Shown here: in pieces, positions 37,717-45,382 of the stretch
How the letters are laid out: each line of letters begins with the position of its first letter
Numbering within the stretch: the first letter of the stretch is position 1
The notes under the pieces: generated by a model
What the model was told of the DNA's origin: nothing
Database searches by the model: none
Seen by the model: only the letters and a program-made list of their open reading frames with translations
Made by a program: the position numbers and the translations under genes
Assembly (NCBI GenBank): GCA_947494155.1
Contig: CANLTW010000006.1
Span: forward strand, 1,998-65,997
Length of the DNA stretch: 64,000 bases
Direction of reading: 5' to 3'
DNA from: Chlamydiota bacterium
GTDB lineage: Bacteria > Chlamydiota > Chlamydiia > Chlamydiales > RGXB01

Positions 37717-38693
37717 ATAAAAACCGATTAAAAAACTCCTCCATTTTAGTTTGCGGCGACCTGATCATAGACCACTATGTGGAGGGTGTGGTAGAACGAA
37801 TTTCACCAGAGGCTCCAGTTCCGGTTTTAAAAAAAAACCAATCCACCTTTAAGCTCGGAGGAGCTGCAAACGTTGCTGCAAATTGCGCTGCTTTAGGGGT
37901 CGAAACGTTTTTACTGGCAGTATCAGGAGTTTCATCGAAAGACTACTCACTGAAAGATCTTCTAGAGAGTGCAAATCTTAAAGAGGAGAATATTCTCATC
38001 GATGAGTCTATTCGACCTGTAATTAAAACCCGTTTTATGGCGGATGGGCACCATATCTTAAGAGTGGATGAAGAGGAGCTGCCGCAATTTTCCCCAGCTC
38101 TTATAGCTCAACTAGTCAGCCGATTTGAGGAGTTGGTACAAACGGTAGACGTGGTTGTTTTTTCCGATTATGCGAAGGGCTTTTTTGCACCTCAAGTCCT
38201 TTTTCACTTTCTTGATATTGCCCGTAGGCTTAAGAAAAAAGTTTTGGTAGATCCTAAGGGGATCCATTATCAAAAATATCGGGGCTGCTTTTGTATTAAG
38301 CCTAATAAGAAAGAGGCTTATAAAGCGGCTAACTGCGATATAACAACCCCAATCGAAGTGGTTTCCCGGATTCTTTTAGATATTACGGATGCGGACCATC
38401 TGTTGATCACCCGTTCCGCAGAGGGGATGACCCTTTTTTCAGCTGAAAATAGACCTAAACATGTCGATGCCTTCAAACAAGATGTTGTGGATGTGGTGGG
38501 AGCAGGAGATACAGCGCTAGCTCTTTTGGCTGTCGCAATTTCTGTCGGGTTATCTATAGAAGATGGAATGGTATTAGCGAATGTAGGGTCATCTATAGCC
38601 GTGAGTCGGCAGGGTTGTGTAAGCGTTACTTTTGACGAATTGCAAGAGCGCCTATTGGACTGCCAAAAAAAACTTCTTATTGCGAAAAATTAG
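37707..38693 (+). CDS. hldA: D-glycero-beta-D-manno-heptose-7-phosphate kinase (RfaE/HldE domain I only)
   Basis: VCGDLIIDHYVEGVVERISPEAPVPVL, GGAANVAANCAALG and VVGAGDTALA are collinear with the kinase half of E. coli HldE. At 328 aa it has no adenylyltransferase domain. Confidence 0.85.
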   Translation: MYLDKNRLKNSSILVCGDLIIDHYVEGVVERISPEAPVPVLKKNQSTFKLGGAANVAANCAALGVETFLLAVSGVSSKDYSLKDLLESANLKEENILIDESIRPVIKTRFMADGHHILRVDEEELPQFSPALIAQLVSRFEELVQTVDVVVFSDYAKGFFAPQVLFHFLDIARRLKKKVLVDPKGIHYQKYRGCFCIKPNKKEAYKAANCDITTPIEVVSRILLDITDADHLLITRSAEGMTLFSAENRPKHVDAFKQDVVDVVGAGDTALALLAVAISVGLSIEDGMVLANVGSSIAVSRQGCVSVTFDELQERLLDCQKKLLIAKN

Positions 38694-38793
38694 ATAAAAA
38701 ATCTTTTTCCAAAAGCTTTGCACAAATTTGAAATACAAACTTGTTAAATAAATTTTGTCTGTTTATGACTCGGTTTTTAAAACAAGTTAGATA

Positions 38794-41700
38794 ATGGCGC
38801 ATTATCCCCAAGATAAAAGAGAACAAACCAAAAGTACAGATAACAAGAAAAATCTGTCTCTGCCATCTATTGGGGTGTATTCTAACCTCAATCAATCCAG
38901 CCCCACTAAACACCAAAAACAATGGAAAAAGACACCGGTTAAATATGATAACTTGGCTGAAACCTACGACCAAGATACCAGTAAATATGGATGTGCCTCT
39001 TTAGACCACATCATTAGATCCTTGATCGAACATGCACCCCCTAAATGCTATGAGCGGATTCTTGATGTAGGGGTTGGCACAGGTCAAACTTCGAAGATTT
39101 TCCTGGATATTGGTGCTCAGGTTGTGGGTCTTGATATTTCAAAAAATATGCTCAAACTTGACTCTGAAAGATCCCCTTTATTTCATCATCTTATCGACCA
39201 TGCTATTGATGATCCTCTTTCTACAGCAGGGATTGATCCTGAAAGTTTTGACACAATAGTGGCAAGTGGTGTGCTTCACTTTGCAAAGGATTTACCATTT
39301 ACTTTAAAAGAGTTGGCAGTAGCCCTTGTCCCCGGGGGTGTGCTTTCATTTACGTTTATTCCCAACCAAAAACGCAAAGTTAGTGACCTTACCCATTTAC
39401 ATGAACCTTCGATTGTTCTAAAGATTTTACAAAACCAAGAGATGATCATACTGGATAGTAAACAATTTTTTGCTTACCCGGATGAAGGGAATTCTGGGGA
39501 TCCTCTAGAGTATGTATTAGTTACGGCACAAAAGAAAGGGCAAAGACGAGAAATTCCGGAGGGACTTAAAGTTCTGACTCGTTCAGCCTGTGTAGATCGT
39601 CAGCGTATTTTTAGCTTGATACAAACGCCTCTTGCATGTGGTCCAATGATGACTCGATGGTGCGGTTTTGATGACGTACAGCTGAGACAAGAAGTTGACC
39701 AAATGACAAAGCTTTTTTTTGAAAAGTTTAGGGCCAATCATACTATCTTGCTTTCCGACATTCTTTTGCCCACTCATACGGCGAAAGTAGCAGGGTTAGG
39801 TCAACCAGGTTGTGATGTACTAGCAATTTTTGCTCACCCTGATGACGAAGCTATTATAGGGGGTACCCTTAGTTCTCTCAGTATCGCCAAAAGAAGTATC
39901 CAACTTTTAGTGGCCACAGATGGAGGTGGTGGTAAAAATTTAACTAACGCAGAAAATCTTGCAAGTGTCCGTTTAAAAGAGTTGGAGGAATCGGTCAAAA
40001 TACTAGGGATTGAGGGATGTACCGTCCTTGGTTTTCCTGACCTAGGAAAATTTAACGATAAAAACCATTCTCTTCCGGTAACAGCACTAGATACCTTGAA
40101 ATTATGGGGTATAGAAACCCTGCTGGAGTCGCTTGTTTACCAGATTCGAAAGTATAAGCCACGGTTGATTCTTGGATTTGAATCATCACGAGATTTTTTC
40201 TATTCCCTTCATGGTCACCACCTAGCTTTAGGTTTAGCTTCAGCAATTGCGTTCCACCTTGCTGCAGATCCGCTGGCATTTCCTGAGCAAAATTTAGCCC
40301 CTTGGGCTGTAGATGCTATGTATGGGGTCGTCCCTTTCGACACTCTTTCAGAGCGCCTTACAATTGTTAAAGGGGATCTGGCCAAAAAAAAAGCCGCTAT
40401 TTTAGCACACCGTAGCCAGTTCTCTAGTGTAGGGCTTAGTCTTAAGCTGGATTTACCAGAATTTTGGCACCTGGTTCAAGCGCGCAAAGGTGGGGGATTG
40501 CTTGAAGAATTATTGAAACCCTCAAATGTGGAACGTACTGCCAAGCTGAAGCACACAATTCCAAAAGTTGCAAGCGCCATATTACATCCAAACGATCCCG
40601 TAGGAATTCTCTTCGGACAAAGAAGCATCTCTAAAGTGATTAGTGATATTCAAAGTCGTCCTTATCCACGTAAAGAAATAGTCTCTATCCTTAAAGCTCA
40701 GCAAATGGCGCGCGGATGTAAAGACGGTAAAGTATACAACAACATCTATAAAATTTTAGATCCTAAAACAACTTTGATTGTCACTGGGCAACAGGTAGGG
40801 ATTCTTGGAGGCCCCTTATATACCCTCTACAAGGCGTTAGAGGTTGTTGTTCAGGCTAAAAAACTGGAACAACTGGGCATGTCTATAGCCCCTTTATTCT
40901 GGCTTGCAAGTTATGATGCCGATCTAAAAGAGGTCATGCAGGCTAACATCGTCGGTAGCACAAAAAAATTTAAAGTTCATTCTTCCGAGGTTAACACGAA
41001 TAAACATCCGGTGGGTGGTCTAAAAATAGGATCAAGAATTGTTGAACTCCTTGATGAATTGGATCAATCAGTAGCCAAAACCCCTAAAAAAGATTCTTTG
41101 ATGGCTGACCTTCGTTCAATCTATAACGAGGAGAGTACATTTACTGAAGCTTTTGTGAGGTTAATGGGGAGACTTACCGATCAGCATGGTCTAATTTTCC
41201 TTGATCCGAGCCATAGAGATTTTGCGGCTCTTACACGCCAAATTATCGAGAAAGAACTTTTCGGCACCTACTCTTCGCAGACGGCAATCGATGCTTCAAA
41301 CACACAGCTTCAGGCACTTGGTCATAAAGTGCTCATTAAGAAAAATGTCCATCGCCTAAATGTTTTTTTTATTGATGACAACGGCATGCGCGTTTTATTA
41401 AGACGTGCCCAAAATGGGTGTTTTGAGACTGGTGGGTCCCCCAATAAACTCAAGGAGGAGGATATAAGACGCATACTCAAAGAGGAGCCTGAGAGATTTG
41501 TTCCAAGTGCCCTTCTTCGACCTATTGTGGAGGACTTTGTATTGCCAACTGCAGCCTATGTGGCAGGCGCATCCGAACTCAGCTATTTTGCCCAAATTGG
41601 CGGAGTTTACGACTGGGCCGCAGTAACCAAACCTTCGCTAGTATTACGCCCCTCTTTAAGTTTGATCTCAAGTTTTGAAGATAAAAGATTTTTTGAGCTT

Positions 41701-42342
41701 ATCGGAAAGCACGTTGAACAGCTGCTTAATGAGGGGCAATTAGCGGAGGAAATCGGTTGGGCGGGCCTTCCCCAATCTTTGGTGAAAGCCTATAAAAATC
41801 TAAGATGTCAGGTCCTTAATACCTCGACATGCTTAAAAAAAATTCGAAAATTCATCCTGCAAAAAAACAGGAAAAAAGCCTGGGATCTTGTTAAAAACCA
41901 AAGCTTAATTATAGCATGCTGTCTGGAGGAAATAGGGCATCAGGCAGAGATTGAGAATTGTAAAGAGTGCCAAAATGAGATAAAAATCCAGCTGCCAAGA
42001 TTGCAAATATGCTATCGAAAGTTTCTTAAAGAGATTGTTAAATCCAAGAGGGTTTCGGGACATATCCCCTCATGCAATTCACTTGGGAAAGGGGCTAATA
42101 TCCTTAAGCGGATGATTGATAAAGCTCTAAAATTAGGCCGAAAGCGTGCTTTCAAAGTATGGGAAGTAATCGACCGTCTTCAACCAGGTGGGATCTTGCA
42201 AGAGAGGGTAATGACTGTCGGTCAGCTTTTCATCGAAATGGGGCCAAGGGTTACGGACACTTTGTTGCAATTAATTGAATTACGACGTTCCGATCACGTA
42301 CTTGTGGTATTAAAAGATGAAATTAGCAGGCAAAAAGGGTGA
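38794..42342 (+). CDS. Tri-domain fusion: class I SAM methyltransferase + PIG-L/LmbE deacetylase (BshB-like) + bacillithiol cysteine-adding enzyme BshC-like
   Basis: Uninterrupted 1182-aa ORF. MTase motif I RILDVGVGTGQTS plus VVGLDIS (aa ~50-245). PIG-L motif VLAIFAHPDDEAIIGG (aa ~338-565). BshC signatures IVTGQQVGILGGPLYTLYKALEVV...APLFWLASYDADLKEV and ERFVPSALLRPIVEDFVLPTAAYVAGASELSYFAQ (aa ~590-1182) are collinear with B. subtilis BshC (YllA). Confidence 0.85.
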   Translation: MAHYPQDKREQTKSTDNKKNLSLPSIGVYSNLNQSSPTKHQKQWKKTPVKYDNLAETYDQDTSKYGCASLDHIIRSLIEHAPPKCYERILDVGVGTGQTSKIFLDIGAQVVGLDISKNMLKLDSERSPLFHHLIDHAIDDPLSTAGIDPESFDTIVASGVLHFAKDLPFTLKELAVALVPGGVLSFTFIPNQKRKVSDLTHLHEPSIVLKILQNQEMIILDSKQFFAYPDEGNSGDPLEYVLVTAQKKGQRREIPEGLKVLTRSACVDRQRIFSLIQTPLACGPMMTRWCGFDDVQLRQEVDQMTKLFFEKFRANHTILLSDILLPTHTAKVAGLGQPGCDVLAIFAHPDDEAIIGGTLSSLSIAKRSIQLLVATDGGGGKNLTNAENLASVRLKELEESVKILGIEGCTVLGFPDLGKFNDKNHSLPVTALDTLKLWGIETLLESLVYQIRKYKPRLILGFESSRDFFYSLHGHHLALGLASAIAFHLAADPLAFPEQNLAPWAVDAMYGVVPFDTLSERLTIVKGDLAKKKAAILAHRSQFSSVGLSLKLDLPEFWHLVQARKGGGLLEELLKPSNVERTAKLKHTIPKVASAILHPNDPVGILFGQRSISKVISDIQSRPYPRKEIVSILKAQQMARGCKDGKVYNNIYKILDPKTTLIVTGQQVGILGGPLYTLYKALEVVVQAKKLEQLGMSIAPLFWLASYDADLKEVMQANIVGSTKKFKVHSSEVNTNKHPVGGLKIGSRIVELLDELDQSVAKTPKKDSLMADLRSIYNEESTFTEAFVRLMGRLTDQHGLIFLDPSHRDFAALTRQIIEKELFGTYSSQTAIDASNTQLQALGHKVLIKKNVHRLNVFFIDDNGMRVLLRRAQNGCFETGGSPNKLKEEDIRRILKEEPERFVPSALLRPIVEDFVLPTAAYVAGASELSYFAQIGGVYDWAAVTKPSLVLRPSLSLISSFEDKRFFELIGKHVEQLLNEGQLAEEIGWAGLPQSLVKAYKNLRCQVLNTSTCLKKIRKFILQKNRKKAWDLVKNQSLIIACCLEEIGHQAEIENCKECQNEIKIQLPRLQICYRKFLKEIVKSKRVSGHIPSCNSLGKGANILKRMIDKALKLGRKRAFKVWEVIDRLQPGGILQERVMTVGQLFIEMGPRVTDTLLQLIELRRSDHVLVVLKDEISRQKG

Positions 42343-43735
42343 TAGATTGACTGATAAACCTTTCAATGCTGTGAAAAAAAACGGGATTCCTGGCCAAACA
42401 GCCGAAGATTTTTCTTCAATTTTATTTTCCCAATTCTCAAACTCGAGCAGCCCTTTTTTTCTGCAACCCTCTCTAAGCCTTTCAGCCGACATAGGAGAGA
42501 ATCATAAAATAAGAATATCTTCGTACAGCGCATTGAATATTCCAAAAAAACAACAAGAAATCAGAATTTCGCGCCCATTAAATATTGCCTCAATATGTTT
42601 AGGCAGCATGGGAGGAAGTGCTTTAGTTGCCAAAGTCGTAGCAGAAGGCTTAGCAATAGCCGGTCACAAAGTTTCGCTACTCACATCACAAAATTCTTTT
42701 TTCAGTAGGAATTTAGAAAAGATTCCGACCATAAACGTCAGATCGCCTCTTTTTCCTATCAAGCCCGAGGATGATTGGGTAGAGCCTCTCAAAACAGATA
42801 TAGTGGAGTATTTACGCCTCCACAAGACAGATGTGGTTCATGTGCATTACATTGCGGGTCTTTTAGAAGCTGCGATTAGCGCTCGAGATGTTCTTAGGAG
42901 CGAGGGCCAAAAGGTATCTGTTATAGGGACTATGCATGGCACGGATGTTTCCTTATGGGGTCAAAATAATCAAACATTTAAACGTATCAAAGATTCGCTA
43001 CTAAAGAGTGACGGGGTTTCGGCTGTATCTCATGTGCTTGCAAATCATGCACACAAAATTTTTGATCTGTCTCACCCCCCTAAAGTCATCTCAAATGCAA
43101 TCGAATCAACCACTTGGAACCCTTTAAGCTCGTCTAATCTTCGAGAAAATTTAGGTTTGAATGGGGAAATCCTAATCGCTCATTCCTCTAATTTGCGGGA
43201 GGTAAAAAGACCTCTAGATCTTATTTTGACTTTTTTTAAGATACGTCAACAAGGGTTTGATGCAAAGCTTATGATTATCGGAACAGGTCCGATGCTTGGG
43301 GAAATGAAACAAAAGGCATCTGAACTACACCTAGTGGATCAGATTCTTTTTCTCGGTGCAATCAGTCATGATAAACTACCCGAATTAATATCCATAGCCG
43401 ATTTATACCTAATTACGAGCAAAAGCGAAGGCTTCTGCCTTGGAGCTTTAGAAGCCATGGCTTGCGGTGTACCGGTAGTGGGAACACGATGCGGTGGGCT
43501 TGAGGAAATCCTGGCCGATGTTGATCGAAATTCGAAAGGTCAATCAAATCTACTTAGTGAGGTAGGCGATACTCTTGGTCTAGCTCAAACCTCAGTATCC
43601 CTATTAAAAGATCCGCAGCGATACAGACGCGTCCAACAGGAATGCTTAAAAATCGCACACTGTAGCTTTAGTCGCCAAACTCAAATACAAGAATACATAA
43701 ACCTAATTGAAGGGGTTTGTATTGGAGGTGATTGA
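42317..43735 (+). CDS. bshA: GT4 glycosyltransferase, BshA-like (N-acetyl-alpha-D-glucosaminyl L-malate synthase); start uncertain
   Basis: [52 protein letters not shown] and [29 protein letters not shown] are collinear with B. subtilis BshA ([49 protein letters not shown]). The ATG at 42317 overlaps the upstream gene by 26 nt and adds a ~90-aa non-homologous leader. The alternative is a TTG at 42533. Confidence 0.75.
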   Translation: [472 protein letters not shown]

Positions 43736-43777
43736 GCGTGCAGGAAAATGCATCTAAGAGCTTTTTAATCTGGTTTT

Positions 43778-43822
43778 GAAAGGGGGTTAGTGGGGCTATA
43801 TCCCGCCATTTAACCCCTTTTT
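43778..43822 (+). terminator. Candidate terminator after the bsh cassette
   Basis: GAAAGGGGGTTA ... TTAACCCCTTTTT inverted repeat (one bulge, ~20-nt loop) ending in a T-run, 43 nt after the bshA stop. Confidence 0.4.
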
Positions 43823-43856
43823 ACCCTATAAAGATCCCCTAGGCACCTTAAATCAA

Positions 43857-44774
43857 TTAGGGGATTTGAGCGATTTGTAGAGCTCTAACCCTTTTTTCTA
43901 TTGGGGGATGGGTGCTGAAAAGCTCCATAAAGCCCTTTTTACCGTTACACATAAGAGCAGCTACGGATTGCGGTGTCTCCTCTTTTTCGATACTCGCGGA
44001 GGTCTGTTCGAGGCGTCTAAGAGCACGGATCATCTGTTCTTTGCTACTTAAAATAGCGCCTCCCAGATCTGCTTTATACTCCCGATGCCTGCTGAAGGTG
44101 CAAAGAATGATCGATCCAACCGCCATAAAAATAATGTCCAGTACAATTCTTGAGATCAGATAAACGCCAAAATTCTGGTCTTGTCGTCCCTTACGCGTAT
44201 GCATAGAGATCAGCTGGGAGAGGATGTAGGATAAAAAGATGACAAAAGTATTCACAACCCCTTGTAAAAGGGTCATAGTGACCATGTCACCATTTTTTAT
44301 GTGTGCAATCTCGTGCCCAATTACAGCTTCGAGTTCCTCTTCATTGAGTTTTTGCAAAAGTCCTGTTGAGACCGCTACTAGAGAATTTTTTGTTGTAGGC
44401 CCGGTGGCAAATGCGTTGGGAGTTACTGAGGAAAAAATACCGATTTCAGGTGTTTTGCTGAGTCCTGCTTTAAGGGATAATTGAGAGACAATTTTTTTGA
44501 GCAGTAAACCCTCATTTGAGCAGTCGTAAGGGGTGATGATTTTAATCTTCATCGCCCATTTTGCGATAGTTTTAGACAAAGCAAGGGAGATAAAGGCTCC
44601 AGTCATTCCATAGACAAAAAAAACAAAGAAAAGGGCTAGAGGTTGTATTTGATGATGCTGCAAATATTTGTTGAGCCCCGTCAGCGAGAGAATAAAAGAG
44701 GCTGTAAAACAAATAATTAAATTTAATGCGATAAAAAGGAAAAAGCGTCGGAAAGCTTGCATAATTACCCCCAC
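43857..44774 (-). CDS. htpX: Zinc metalloprotease HtpX (M48 family)
   Basis: HEIAHIKNGD (HExxH) between TM segments. C-terminal STHPPIEKRV motif. 305 aa. Confidence 0.85.
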   Translation of the reverse strand: MGVIMQAFRRFFLFIALNLIICFTASFILSLTGLNKYLQHHQIQPLALFFVFFVYGMTGAFISLALSKTIAKWAMKIKIITPYDCSNEGLLLKKIVSQLSLKAGLSKTPEIGIFSSVTPNAFATGPTTKNSLVAVSTGLLQKLNEEELEAVIGHEIAHIKNGDMVTMTLLQGVVNTFVIFLSYILSQLISMHTRKGRQDQNFGVYLISRIVLDIIFMAVGSIILCTFSRHREYKADLGGAILSSKEQMIRALRRLEQTSASIEKEETPQSVAALMCNGKKGFMELFSTHPPIEKRVRALQIAQIP

Positions 44775-45057
44775 CAGGAAGTTTTCTTTAAAATACCGGC
44801 GTTTAAAGTGGCTTAAACGGTTTTAATTTTTCTAAATTTTAACAGAAAAATTGACTTAATTATAGAAAAATCGGATTGGTAGCGTTTTTTTTAATAAAAA
44901 AAATGTAAAAAGATGGTGGTAAAATCGAAAAAATGTGTATAAATATGAACCTTAAAGATGCAGTAGGTAAGGGACACTAACCCCGCCTAAGGGGGTTTTC
45001 TAAGGATCTTATGTATCCATTAACCCCCGAAGATTCAAGAGAAAAACAGCCTTTATT

Positions 45058-45282
45058 ATGACAAAAAATCTGAAAAATTTGACTAGTCTGCCCCCCCTCA
45101 ATAAGGCCAAGGCTCTGGCTAATATCTCAAAAAATATCGGGGACAACACGATTTGCTACGTTTTGATCACTTGCGAAAAGCCCCAAGGTAGCGGGTCTAT
45201 GCATGTTGACCTTGTCTTTGAAGGGGATAAAAATTTAGCGCAACATCTTCTTAAAACAGCCCAATCTGCCTTCCCATCCTAA
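45058..45282 (+). CDS. Hypothetical protein (74 aa)
   Basis: ORF only. No motif recognised. Confidence 0.3.
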   Translation: MTKNLKNLTSLPPLNKAKALANISKNIGDNTICYVLITCEKPQGSGSMHVDLVFEGDKNLAQHLLKTAQSAFPS

Positions 45283-45382
45283 ACTTTTTTTATTTAAAGA
45301 ACCCGCTTTTATTTAAAAAGTTTGAGCTCTTTTTTTAAATTTGGCATGATCCTTTTTTAAACTTTTTTTTGGAGTACTTGTT

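Noticed and set aside
38677-38973. 98-aa hydrophobic minus-strand ORF overlapping the start of the methyltransferase-BshB-BshC fusion gene
   Set aside because: It is antisense to the 5' end of a strongly supported long CDS and to the hldA stop. The hydrophobicity is explained by the AT-rich antisense composition.
44979-44997. Small hairpin AACCCC-gcctaag-GGGGTT followed by TTTC in the htpX / 74-aa ORF intergenic region, considered as an sRNA terminator or attenuator
   Set aside because: It has only a 6-bp stem and a weak T-tract, with no recognisable upstream promoter or conserved structure.
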